A stretch of 63,370 nucleotides of DNA, counting the filler, from Polymyxa betae A26-41 (taxonomy: Eukaryota; Protista; Endomyxa: Phytomyxea), in assembly GCA_003693705.1 (NCBI GenBank). It is 6 parts of 6 records of this genome, joined end to end, with 100 filler letters (N's around TTAATTAATTAA, not from the genome) between each part and the next. Parts side by side here need not be neighbours in the genome. Positions count along the whole stretch, not along the records: positions 32,614 to 60,551 come from RBZT01000197.1; positions 60,652 to 63,370 come from RBZT01000389.1; 4 more parts are not named here. The stretch is one strand, 5' to 3'. Position 1 is the first letter of the stretch. Every line of letters starts with the position of its first letter. Below, one piece after another: positions 50,610 to 62,883 of the stretch. The notes under the pieces are model-generated. The model had not been told where the DNA came from. It did not search any database and saw only the letters and a list, made by a program, of their open reading frames with translations. The position numbers were made by a program, and so were the translations under genes.

Positions 50610-51898
50610 TTATTTATGGACACTTTTGTAGCGTCGTTCAAACAATTGATCGATATCAGAACCTGGCTCAGCATACGACCGAGCAGTCCGACCGTAATTA
50701 TCGACACTTTTGATCAAGTCCGGGACTGACAGCAGATGGCGAACAGCTTCCACATTCCCAACCTGTACAGCACGATGTAGAAAATTGGAGCCATAAAACG
50801 AACCGATTTTGACAAGCCAGCCGTTCGGTAGCGGCGCTTCCAGCATCAGGCGTAGCAGGTCGTGCTGGCCCACGGCCTGGATCAGGGTGATGGCGATGTG
50901 TTCGAGAGAGCAGCACCTTTCTACAATATTTTCGGAAGGAGGAGAGAAGAACGCCTCCGATTGCAAAATGACAGAGATGAGATCAGAGCGCCCCGTTTCG
51001 ATCAGATCCTGGATCTCTAGCGCTAGAGCTCGGGTAACATAAGTGACGAAGGGTAGCAGGACGCGCAGGTCGGAAACAGTCCAGTTGGATCGGAATACCG
51101 AAGGAAAACAGTTTGCGGGCCAGAATGGGTCGTGATCGGATATGGTGACCGTGCTGGGTGGAAATTGTTTTGGAGAGATCAAAAACAAAAATCGAGTTCC
51201 TATTTGCGACCTCATCTGGTAACTGTCCCCAATTCGAAAAGTCGGTCAAATCTGTTCATCATAGGGCCGGATTGTATCAACAATATCGGGAGGAATATCG
51301 CTGATGTAGCCGTTGAAAGGCGTGTCCAGTGTCACCTTCAGAACATAGTAGCACATCAGCTTGATGGGATCGTATGATTGTTCTGAGATCATCCAGAAGG
51401 CGTAGTTGACGACGAGGACCCAGCCAGGAGTCAGTTTGGCCACGGATTCGAATTGTGAAATCACGTCAAATAGGTCCATGATCATTTCAGGATTATCTAT
51501 AGCGATAGACAGCAGCCTATACATGAACAGAGGCGCCGTCTCTTCTGTTAAAAGATCGTTCAGGACAGCCACATTACTTGGTTGCTCTGCATATATTGAT
51601 CAGCGATTTGATGTCGCGGATGAACTTATCTCGGGAGGCCGGTAGCTGGATAACGATCTGGCTCAGCCGCTGATGGCCGAGGATGTCCCGGACTAATTCA
51701 AAACGGGCCTTGCAAGACCATCGCGAGCGTTCCGAGTAAGACCGGGTCCAGCCGGGCATGACGGACGACAGCATTCAGAATCTTGTTAGAAGAGGAGTGG
51801 GAAAGGTTCGGGTGCGGGCTGCACTTTGATCGGAGTCCGGGATAAAGCAAGGCCGACACACCCACCAGAATCAGTGTTGTGATTAGCTTCATTGTCAT
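50610..51898 (-). pseudogene. Secreted F-box-like + ankyrin protein, copy 3
   Basis: MTMKLITTLILVGVSALL; colinear with copies 1 and 2; ankyrin NFLHRAVQVGNVEAVRHLL...DNYGRTA. Several frameshifts and a small deletion. Confidence 0.8.
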
Positions 51899-52138
51899 GA
51901 CTTCAGGACAAACGCGATGAGAGAGGAGATGGATCGAGTCGGGGCCGGGTTCGGTCTTCACTGAGTTTCTGTCCGACAACGGATGCGCAGCCTTCCATTC
52001 GTCTCGCAGCCTTCCATTCGTCTCATGGTGCGCAACCTTCACTTCGTCGATGGACAGATTAGTGCCTTACCTTCGGGATCTTTCTTCTGTAGGTTCAAAA
52101 TTATCGATGTGGAGGATCGCACATGCGTTTGGATGGGA

Positions 52139-52950
52139 TTAGAGGAACCGTTTCCTGGACGTCGACGATGAGAAACTTGCCATCTGAATGTTTCTAAATC
52201 CCGATCCTGCCAGGGCAGCGGAATGCGTTGATTTACCTAGGATGGGGCTGTATAGAAATGTCAAAGGTGAACATTTGATGAGGAGATGCTCAAGTGTCTC
52301 TTTCTTCTGGTTACAAAGTCGACAATTGTTCTCTTTGTCCATTCGCACTGTACTCATCTTATAATGGGCTCCCGGTAGAGGTACCCCATACAGTTCTTGC
52401 TGGAATGGCTTTGATGAGACGATTATTTTGAGTTTGCTTTTGCTGTTTTGTGGAGAGATAGTCTGTAAGAGCTAACAAACGGGTCTTGATCTAGCGGTAT
52501 CTCCACCCTTTATAGCAGCTTTTGTCTACTTTGTCTCTCTGCTCCGATTGTATTTCTTTCTTGACAGTCAAAAACAGCAACAATGCATATTTTCAATCAT
52601 GATTTTTGTAATAGGGAATCCCCTTGTAATGATATTCAAATCAATGCCCGCAATCAAAACAGGGAGGCTCTCAGTGATTTTTGGACGGAACCTGGAACAG
52701 AGGGGTCCATTCGGGCAGGAGCTGAGGAGGCATGATGGAGCAAAACAAACCCTAAAAAAGCCCCAGCCACTCAGACAGGCAGCTACTTTAGGCTCAGCCT
52801 CCTTCGCCCAGCGTGCAGCTGGCGATCATGACAGTTTTACTAGATCCCTCTTCCTACCATCTGATATAGTACCGGTAACAATAGTGACAATAGCAACAGG
52901 AGGATTCTGCACATCCGCCGGCGAATGCGCAGCCTTCTATCAGCCGGCGG
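52139..52950 (-). mobile_element. Non-LTR retrotransposon (LINE) remnant
   Basis: zf-RVT-type C-terminal motif NCRLCNQKKETLEHLLIKC; the RT core appears deleted. Confidence 0.6.
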
Positions 52951-53320
52951 ACTGAAAAATTATTAAAACTGGATTTAAATTTGGAAATTATTGGAAAGTG
53001 TCTCTGATGATCTGTATGGTTGATCACTGAGAATTGAGATGAATGAGATGATGCCAGGTTATTGATAGGGTCTAAATCAGGATATTCTCAATCCTCATGA
53101 ATTGATGAAGTTACAGACATCGACAGAATTTACCCCCCAGATTAGGATCAATGCAGAAGAGCGATTTGTTGTTCTTCATGTTTTCAGAAATCCAAAGTTT
53201 TTTGCACTATTTGGACTGTGCATAACACACAGCCTACCACGCTTGTCATACGCAACCAGTTGCTGATATAAAGCGTGGAAGCCTTCTCTCCATCTAAGGT
53301 TGGGCCGGTCTTAGAGTCGC

Positions 53321-53440
53321 AACCGGGGTGCCGCCTCCCGACAGTGGGAAGCCTTCTGTGTCCTTTGTGAGCTGTCGACAGCAGCCCATCACCAGGCGAA
53401 CTGGTGAGGCTTCCCACTGTAGGGAGGATGCACCCCGGTT
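53321..53440. repeat. 34-bp inverted repeat enclosing two small hairpins
   Basis: AACCGGGGTGCCGCCTCCCGACAGTGGGAAGCCT ... AGGCTTCCCACTGTAGGGAGGATGCACCCCGGTT (3 mismatches). Confidence 0.8.
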
Positions 53441-54004
53441 CCGGGTTGGGAAAAACCTACTTTGAGAGGACGCATGAACCTAGGTTTAGGTTAAACCTTA
53501 ATAAAACCTAAAAAAACTTAATTTAACCTGCAAAAAACCTAATTCCCATACAAATTTGTTCGACACATTTTTGCAATGCTCATTTATTCGATTGAAAATT
53601 GGATTTTGCGGTAGTTTCAGACATCCTGAGCGTCGTCCTGATCTTCGGAGCAGGAATCGGTACCACAGATTGCTTTTCCAGACAGCTGGGAAAAGCTCCA
53701 ACGGATATACTGAAGTTTTTCAACTTTTGCTGCGCCAAAAAGGTTACGAAGCTTAATGAGTAGTCCAAGTTCAGGGCAATGGCGCCAGCTTCAGAATCAA
53801 TTACGGCGTCCTCTACGCGGAAGGCGAATCCAGTAAAATAATGTCGTTCGTGGAGAGCCGAGAACGAGATTGGTAATCTGCGCAGAATCCACGTCAAGAG
53901 AAAAACCCTAAAAAAAAACTAGATCTTCAGATTTGAAAAAACCTGGTTTTATTAGAAAAACCTAAAAAAACTAAACCTAAACAATCTGGTGGCTGCCAAC
54001 CCTG
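53441..54004. mobile_element. Non-autonomous hAT-like element
   Basis: Ends C(C/A)GGGTTGG...CCAACCCTG, with AAAAACCT subterminal repeats at both ends. No matching TSD. Confidence 0.55.
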
Positions 54005-54329
54005 AGTTGATATCAGCAAATGGCTGCGTACGTAGCAGGTTCGTATAATATATGAATATTACAGATATTCAATCTGAGGCTGTATTCATCATGCATTAAA
54101 ATTTCAATTCAAGCTGTCCGCAAATAAACAGAAAGAATAAAGATATCTTCGGGCGTATTTTCTGCGGATCAATTTATAGAGCATAACAAATCCATTAACG
54201 TAGTGCGAAACTTAAAATGCTCCAAAATGTTACCTTAAATCCGTTTTACCAAAAATACCTTACGGCATACTGTCTGAATCTGTGCCATCTAAAAATCTCC
54301 GTGCGCTGTTAGGGAATGTTTGAAGGGAT

Positions 54330-54486
54330 CCTTTGATTTCTCATTAGATTTCGGACAAGAAAATGGTACATGGTATGATGTAATTTTAAATGCGAAAACA
54401 ATATGTTTATCTACGGACAGATCTGCAGCGTCGTTTAAACATTTGATCGATCTCAGAACCTGGCCCAGCATACGACCAAGCAGTCA
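54330..54486 (-). pseudogene. 3'-end fragment of the ankyrin effector-like family (copy 4)
   Basis: Matches the end and 3' flank of copy 3 (50530-50690), for example TTGATCGAT.TCAGAACCTGGC.CAGCATACGACC.AGCAGTC. Confidence 0.7.
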
Positions 54487-54489
54487 AAT

Positions 54490-55200
54490 TTGCCATGTTT
54501 TAACTGAACACTGAGTTTGGGATATCAGACCTGGGAAACCCAGAAAAGGTCCTCGGAATCCGTATTAATCAGGATATTTCTGGCACTATCTGCATCGATC
54601 AACAGGCATATATTGAAGAGCTGCTTGATGAATTCAACATGTCTGATTGCAAATCAGCAGATACGCCACACCAGCGATATGCCTTACTGTAAGCTAGTGC
54701 ATAGCTACCAGGACAAGGCCAGACCAAGCTTATATTACGATACCTGAAAGGAACATCATCGTGGGGCCTTAAGTTCTCGAACAACGATCAGCCAGTCGTA
54801 ACTTACAGTGGCAGCGACTTTGCTGGGGATCCAGATCAGAGAAGGTCAACATCAGGGATGGTCAGCATCATGTCTGGTCCTGTAATTTGGCAAAGTCAAC
54901 GTCAGAAGACAACAGCGGAAGCTTCTTTGGAGGCCGAATACATGGCCTTAGACTTATCGGCTCCAGAAACGAAGTGGCTCAAACAGTTGTTCGTTGAGTT
55001 AGGATTTGTTCAGGTGGAGACGCCTATAACAATCAAAGCCGATAACCAAGGATGCATCAGTGTTGCGAATAATGATCGCACTGACAGACGTACAAAACAT
55101 ATAGATGTTCAGTATCATGCCACAAGAGATAAGGTCAAAGATCACACAATTTGGAATACTGTCTGTCATACGGACAAAATGATTGCGGATTAGAGATTCA
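54490..55200 (+). mobile_element. Ty1/Copia RT-RNase H fragment
   Basis: ISDLGNPEKVLGIRI, IDQQAYIEELL, SDFAGDPDQRRSTSG, WQSQRQKTTA..EAEYMA and RTKHIDVQYH. Confidence 0.9.
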
Positions 55201-55473
55201 ACACGAAAAGCCCCCATGGACGGGAGTTGAACTCAAGACCCAAGGCTTACAGTTCGGACCCCTGACCACAGCACTACGACCGTCACGGCTGAGCTGGCAA
55301 AGTCGATGCGATGTTCGAGTGGTACCTGTGTCTGCCTGGTTGTGGGAAAACAACGTCGACTGTTCAATTGATCCCAATTCAATTGGATCCAAAGTAATCA
55401 GAAAGAAGCGCTGGATTAAATCAGTGGAATGAGCGTGTACTACATAGGTAAGGGTTTTGAATAGAATCAAGCT

Positions 55474-55546
55474 GGCTCCGTAGTGTAGGTGGTTAGCACG
55501 CAGGGTTCTGATTCCTGCAACCGCGGTTCGAGTCCGCGCGGGGCCT
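55474..55546 (+). tRNA. trnQ-CUG: tRNA-Gln (anticodon CTG)
   Basis: Acceptor stem GGCTCCG/CGGGGCC, D arm TAGTGTAGGTGGTTAGCAC, anticodon loop TT-CTG-AT, T arm CGCGG-TTCGAGT-CCGCG, and a TTTTT terminator at 55549. Confidence 0.95.
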
Positions 55547-58500
55547 AGTTTTTGCTGATACTTTGCCCACATATATTTGAAGGGTGGTCTAGACGCCATC
55601 CTGCCTCTGCATTTCAACTCCGATCGAGCAAGCTGCTGATTTATGTACGGGATTTGTCTCTGGCTTCTGGGACCTCAAGTTCCGAAACTGACCCATTTTT
55701 TTTTAATTTCTATATTATCGGGTCATTCAAACCTGATCGTGATACGATGCCTTCTTCGGAATCTGTAGCACCAGTCGGTGCAAATGATGGCGCGCAAACC
55801 CTCGACACGTATCTAAAGTACGTTTGCATCATTATTGTGATTTCGGCAGCGAGCCGTGCCTACCATCCTTCCTGCATTGTTTTGCAAATTTTGTGGCTTT
55901 TCGATCGTTTGCCTGCATCGAATGATTGACATTATCTGGTTAGTTACGGTCAAGACCAGATGGTGTCTCTCTGAGGGAGGATAGTTTCGTCGACGCATTG
56001 TCATCAACATTCTGCATCCACAGACAACCAGTTACCAATCGTTTCAATGCAGTCTGTATTAACAGATACAAATCGCTCAATTGCAGATTGTATTCAAGCA
56101 AGTTGGTGACAGAATCAGCGGCGAATGTTGTTGCGAACTTATTAACAATCAGAGAATCAGCCAAAACGAAGCTAATTTTCATGACTGGGCAATGTCAAAA
56201 CACCATGTTGTTATTACGCACTGGAATTCGCATCCCTTTCCTCAATTCCCAGTCCTCGATGCCTTCATCGCTTACTCGAAGAACGCCACTTATTCAATCT
56301 CATTTGCGTTTTCCGTTGACGTCTGTTACGTCGAGACGATCTCGAACTCCGTCCTCCTCTCATCTTGGATTGACTGGATATCTTGGACATTTTTGATCTG
56401 TTCAAAGATGGACATGTCGTGATGCAAGGCTCTGTGTGAACCATTAGATGGATATGAGAAGATGGAAAATAATGGGAACAGAAGAAGCCTGTAAATACCT
56501 GATTGTTGTGATGGATTGTCATTGGTAGATATCTGATTGATATTGATAGGAGTATTTATATGAGATGATGATCTGTATGATGATGTTGTATCATACTGAC
56601 AAAGTTCCTCATTGAATTGATAATCAACAGTCATACATCAATCAAGATCTGTATACAGATCTAATTGAAATGGATTATTTGTATCATGACACCAGCATGC
56701 AGGACCATTTTGCTTTCGACATTCTCTGTAAAATTCGCTCGTTTTAGTGATATAATGTAACAATATGCAAATATAAAGTTGAATTAAACGACAATTGTTG
56801 AACTATGAAAATGTGATGGTTACAACGACAGATTGTTACTTTGCATTGTCTGAAGCCTTATTGTTATTGGTCTGATGGAAATGAAGGGTATTGATTAATC
56901 CTATTTGAGAACTTGGTGTAATCTGACAAAGCGATGTCTGATAACTATCTGGTTTAATATTGCTCCGAATACAGAATTGTCTCTGTAGAGCTGCAGTCCT
57001 GAGGTCCGAGTGTTTGGGCGGAGCTCTGTAGGATGATGGAGGACGACGAAATGACGATGTTGCATTCCGGATGATAGAAGTTGGGTTGAGGAAACCTACA
57101 GATGGCGCTCGAAACGCTGAAGGTGAGCTCCGAATCTCTGTATTGGAAGGTCGAAGCTGGAGGATGCCCTTGATCGGATGTATCTCCCGGTCATGTACAG
57201 ATCCGGATTGTGAGCACCATGATAGAGATTCAGATCTCGGAGGAGCTGAGGTTCGGTGCAGCGCAGCAGCAGATGACGATGTTCGCCAGGACATCGCTCC
57301 TCGAACAGGTTGAAGAGACATCGAAGGAGATTAACAATGACGGCAATCATGACTGTGATATCAATTGATAGTCAGAGAAAACTTTTTGAAGAAATTTCAA
57401 CGTCTATCAGCACTATCTATCAACACTTTCAATGTGTATTTTAACTCTAAGTTTGTAAAGTCTAAATGTAACCCCTATACCCTAACCCCGATCTGCATGC
57501 CAAGAAGACACATTCAGCACCTCACATAGCTTACACTCGCAATCAACAATCTCAGATTCCGAACACGATCGCCTTCGTCATTGTACAGCAGGCTGGCGCC
57601 CTGACTGATCCGACCGCTTTATCCACTAGATGATGATTGTCGAGATTCAGCCCCCCCCGGACGTCTAGTCTCTTCCGTTGCGACCCACCACGATCATCTG
57701 ATTATCCAGATCATCAAGATATGAAATTCGTCACATAGTGAGTGCAGACCTCTGGCTACACAGTACGGGCTGAGCCTTCATTCTCTCAAACACTGAAAGA
57801 GAGTGCTGTAGGACGGTGGTTCTGCATTGAACTGAATCTCGGACAGGCGATGTCTGAGAGATTTCCCGAAATAAAGAACACCATAGATGACTGTATTGTA
57901 ATTTCGACTGCCTAAACTAGCAACGATGAAGATTCAGAAATTTCAATAATGAGTGTTCTTTGATGCAATCGCCTTGTACGGAGATTCATATCAAAACCCG
58001 CTCCCAGGACAGGGAGATTCTCAGTTGTTTGCCCACGAAATTTTTCAATTCGGTCAGCGCTTTTTGGCAGAGCCTTGAACAGAAGGACTGGCACTCCTAG
58101 TCTTTGTATACCTGCATACACTACAGCCGTCTTCTATAATACAATAGAGGCGTTGTTCATGAAGTCCTCAACATGGTGAAGGTTTCAGGCTCAACACCAT
58201 TAAGAGCGATTATCTCGGGAGACAAATAAGACAGAAGATTCGTGGAGCCGCCCTTGTAGACCACAGAGAGAGTTGACCTGTTGCTGTTTATCGAGAAATC
58301 CTACATTGAGATCCTTAGATATTCCCCGTCAACTAGAAGGCCGTACGACTACCCGAAAATACTCTCGAACAAATGATTTACACGGAAGTGACCCATTTCG
58401 TTGCGGCAATCGGTGTTTGTTACTAAATAAATCGGGATCTCTTGTGTCTGCTAGTCTGTACTCGCTGTGAATTCGTATCAGAAATGGCAATTGTCTGATC

Positions 58501-58934
58501 AGACAAATATGTTAATATGAACCCAACAGGAGCAGAACTGGACGAAAATGTTCGCAAATTGATAACTAAATCAATGCTGAATATTAATGAGGCTGTGCAG
58601 AATGGTCCCATTGTATTTGAGTGGACCCAGATCAACATAATGACTGGAAAGACACGCGATCGAATGTTGATCACTGAAATGATGGAAATCATCACAATTA
58701 TGATGAATGAAATGAATCTGAGTTATATAGAGGGTCACAGTCTGGATAAATTCAAATTAGTTGATAACGTTACAGACATGGACCCTGTTCACCTCTTCAA
58801 ACGAGGATCAATACAGAACTGCGATTGAATTAACCTTCAAAAAAAATTTCCCACTATTTGAACAATACTTAACACACGGCCTAACAAACTCATATAATAC
58901 AGTATCAAGCAGTGTATCAATCGGCTGCTTAGAA

Positions 58935-60551
58935 AATGGCCTTCGATTGGCCTTCTGCGCCACGGACAATTACAGATTGGCCTTCGATTGGCCTACGGCT
59001 GTTCAAATGGCCTTCGATTCGCCTTCTTCTCGCCACGGACTTTTGCAAATTGGCCTTCTATTAGCCCAAACCCTAACCCTAACGGCCTTCGATTGACCTT
59101 CTTCACACAACGCAATTGTCCCTGCTCGCCTTCGTTTATCTTTTAGTTTCTTGATTATGCTCAGGGATTGTTGCTATTTTGTGCTTTTTTTGAGCTGGAC
59201 ACTACTGATAGCCCCGTCCAGCGCAAACTGCTTTATTAATGTAAACATAAATATGACTTGTACTCATAAAAACATCAAGATATTTCGGCAGTAGGCTTTT
59301 TGATCGCTACAATTTTTCTGTCATTCAGATCATGAGAAACCCATCTAATCCTGCCGTTTCCATTGACGGGTTTACCTACGTCTACAACAAAACTGGGTCA
59401 ACCGGCTCAAAATTTTATCGTTGCAGCAAACGAAGGCCGACACAAAATCGGATCGGCCTGAAACCTGTTCCGCCAGTCTCACATTCAATGCCGATGGCAC
59501 ATTGAAAAAGGGCTGTACTGCTGATGATCATGCTTGCACCCCGTGCACGCCCGCAAATATTGCTGACATTCAGGAAGAGGTACTGTAATACGGTTCTTGA
59601 TGGCAAATATAGATAGATGGCAATTCAGATGAAAACCCTTGTTGATACAATGGCTACATCAGAAAGACATCTCACTGCAACGGAAATATGGGTACGAGTA
59701 TGGAACAATGTCACATCGAAATACTCAGGAACCCCAATACGAACTCTGAAAAAGCAAGAAGTTATGTCCCGTGTTCAGTACATCAGGAATGGCGGTCGCA
59801 GAGCAGACAATATGCGTGACATCGAAGAACGCGAAATGGCCTTATTTCCGGATGAACGGACCCCATTTCTGATGATGAATACACCAGTCTACGAAGGAAC
59901 GACACATCATCGGATAACCGGATGGGAACATCCCGGTTTATGAAAGCTGTTGAAAAGTCCAAACGTCCACATATTTATTGATGGGACATTCCGCATAGTC
60001 CCCAATCCCTATTCGCAACTTCTGATCATTATGATCAGAGATTGTCCAACTGATCTCTATATTCCGGTTTTGTATATTTTAATGACTGGCAAATCAGCAT
60101 TCTTGTATAGGTTTGCGTTAAACATGATCGCAAACGTTATTGGTTCAGCTGTTCGACCTGCACAGATATACTGTGATTTTGAAAAAGCCCTAATAAGTGC
60201 AGTTAGAGGTAACAGTCAATTAGAGGAACATTACATGGGCTGTTGACTTGGAATCGCTTTTATAGATGTTATGGGACCTAATTCTTCGATCATCGGATGC
60301 CTTTTCCACTGGAAGCAGGCCATTCGCCGGAAGCTTGTCAAACTCAAAGTTGATGATGGCATTATTGGTCGACTGATGAGACGAGATATGATTGACGTTC
60401 TCACGGTTGTTCCTGAAAATGAAATCGAGACAATTGGTCTGAAATATCTGGAACACCAGCTTCAACTTTCAGAAGAAGACAGCACGAAAATGGAATCGTT
60501 CTGGGAATATTTTAAGCGGACATGGATGAGCAAGTTCTCTCCAAGAGACTG
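58935..60551 (+). mobile_element. Mutator (MULE) transposon: terminal repeat array plus transposase pseudogene
   Basis: GGCCTTCGATT repeats at 58938-59135. FLYWCH-like FTYVYNK...FYRCSKRR, then IFIDGTFRIVP, YCDFEKAL and GCLFHWKQAI; stop at 59941; truncated by a gap. Confidence 0.88.
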
Positions 60552-60651
60552 NNNNNNNNNNNNNNNNNNNNNNNNNNNNNNNNNNNNNNNNNNNNTTAAT
60601 TAATTAANNNNNNNNNNNNNNNNNNNNNNNNNNNNNNNNNNNNNNNNNNNN

Positions 60652-61545
60652 CTTATTTTGGAATCGCCACAGATTCTTACCCACCATACCATCATGCTCG
60701 ATCTCAGCACGCCGCATCTCCTGTATCCGGATCAACTTGATTCGACCCTCCTCCGATTCGCGCATGCTCGACAGCTGATACCGTTGCAGGTTATTTTCAA
60801 ACGACTGCATAAACTTCTCAACTCCCGACAGCGGCATTCCTGGAGTAAACTCCATCTTCAAACTGGCCATGGCAGCTTGAACATGATTAACACTGTCGGT
60901 CGATTCCTGAGCAAGTTGACGTCCAACATAGTCACTCAAGATTTTGTCCGTCAGCAAAGAAACCTCCATGTGTTCATCCAATTCCCAATTCGCGATGTAG
61001 CATAATTTGTCTGGATGAAACAGTGCGCGAAGAGGAATTGCATTCCCTGAAGCGATCATCCGAAGATAGTAATCGTTCGCTTGGACGTACCATGCGGCAA
61101 GTTCAGCACGAGAATTACCGTTATACAGCGGCGGCGTCTCCTGGTTGATTACGAATGCACCGTTAAAAAGATTCGGGGCTTGCTGCATCATTCGATCATG
61201 TTGACCGTTATCAGCAGCTGAATTACCAGGCTGCTGTTCACCTCCGTTATCGGCCGAATTGTGCGCCGACTGGTTCTCCACACTGTCTGTCATATTCACC
61301 ATGTCCACCAGAGTATATCAGTTCTTGAAATGGCAAATAAGTGCAGCTAAAGATATCTTTGTAGCAAGTCTACTAAATTGATGTTACAGTTGTAATGATG
61401 AATGCAGAATGATTATATTAGATGGATTACAAGCCCTTATATATCACTAAGATCGGAGGCTAGCTCGGAACTCGGAGAGTTTCCGATTAACGGAGTTTAG
61501 TCAGGTCCGATCGAAGGTTAGTCAAATATTGCGTATATATTGACA
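60652..61545 (-). mobile_element. Ty3/Gypsy 5' LTR (61360-61545) and gag fragment
   Basis: LTR termini TGTCAA...TTGCTACA are the same as in the 22412-28024 element. Gag-like ORF 61308->60652 is similar to its gag (EEGRIKLI vs DEGRKRKV). Confidence 0.75.
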
Positions 61546-61900
61546 CAAGAATTATTGATGAAACCACAAGAAAGCTTATTTAAGTCGAGATGTGGTATTT
61601 CAAAGTGAGTGTCAAGGACGTGAACAAAATCGCCAAGCCCATCCAGACACTTTTGCTCACAATCGATCTGATGGTCATCAAAGTATTCAGCGAGAACCTG
61701 ATGACATTACTAAGAATCGTGACAATGAAGATATTCAACTACAAGATTCTCCAAAGAGAGTTTTACCATCAAGAGCTCGATCCAAACCGGCCCGTTATAT
61801 GGACGAGCAAACAATGTTCTGTCTACTATGTGTAGACCAAGATGAACCAAAGACCCGCGCTGAAGCGTTGAAATCTGCTGACGGCATAGAGTGGTGTATA
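61546..61900 (+). mobile_element. Ty1/Copia integrase-RT linker fragment
   Basis: PSRARSKPARY...DEPKTRAEALKSADGIEW. Confidence 0.7.
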
Positions 61901-61952
61901 TATAGTATTTATTTCCGCAGTTTTTGAACATTACAAATTCGACAATGACGAG

Positions 61953-62362
61953 ATGATTCGGCGTCTCATGTTCAAGACTAAAACCGTCAGGTTAATGTCA
62001 GAAACACCGGCCTCCACATCATCTACGCCGTATTCCATGAAAGATCTGCTCGATCGCATGCAGCCATGGTCCCAGACGATTGGCACGTTGATGATTGGCA
62101 CCGGCGCATTCGCTGGCGTTTTGCTGTTTGGTGCCGACACCAGTAACAAGATCACCCGGCGGAATCCAAGATTGTGGTGGCGGAGAAGGAGATAGAGAAA
62201 ATCCGAGCGCAGGCCGTAGCCGATGTCGCTCAGGCTGAGTCTCGAATCTTCGAGAAGTTTTTAATGTACGGATATGCGGAAGAGTATCATCGCTTACAAG
62301 ATAAGGTGAAAAAAGTCAAAAATTCCTCACCCGAATGGTACTGCCCATCGGATCTCGTTTAG
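61953..62362 (+). pseudogene. Small protein with a basic transit-like N-terminus, one TM helix and a coiled coil; frameshifted near 62160
   Basis: MIRRLMFKTKTVRLMS..., TM TIGTLMIGTGAFAGVLLFG; continues in the 62174 frame as EKEIEKIRAQAVADVAQAE. Confidence 0.4.
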
Positions 62363-62838
62363 AATTACAATACAAAGCAGTATGAGAACAACCCAAGACA
62401 AACAACCAACAAACATATGAGAAGTACAATTACAATTGGAACTGGCATTATACTATATACAAATCACCAAGAGCGATGGAAAAGTGTATCTGCGAAGGAT
62501 TTTGAGGTGATTTTTTTCGTTTCAAAGTAAATTTAATATTTTTTTTTGTAAAGAACTGAAATAGAACAGAGTTGGCACTAACTCATCCACTAATACGTTC
62601 ATTCAAAAAAAAAATATTCAGGGGGTCATGGAAGAAAAAACACCCAAAAATCCTTCGCTTTTCGCAATTGAGAGTTGGTACTAACTCATCCACTAATACA
62701 AAACTCAATTTTAATTATTATGGTATTTCTGGAAAGAGCTCCGGGGCTCCCTAAAAATGCACCCATATCTCTAAACCTTGCCTAAACCTTGCACCCATAC
62801 GCACCCATCTCTAAACCTTGCCTAAACCTTGCCAATAT

Positions 62839-62883
62839 ACTGGGGGCAGTGGCAAAGTTTTAAACTTTGCCACTGCCCCCAGT
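62839..62883. repeat. Perfect 45-bp palindrome (22-bp arms)
   Basis: ACTGGGGGCAGTGGCAAAGTTT-T-AAACTTTGCCACTGCCCCCAGT. Confidence 0.95.

Noticed and set aside
53545-53585. ICSTHF, resembling the THAP domain CSxHF motif
   Set aside because: An isolated short match lacking the other THAP residues; likely chance.
55552-58920. Short ORFs downstream of the tRNA, including an RAYH tetrapeptide
   Set aside because: No signal peptide context or family motif. The region looks like decayed coding sequence but is unassignable.
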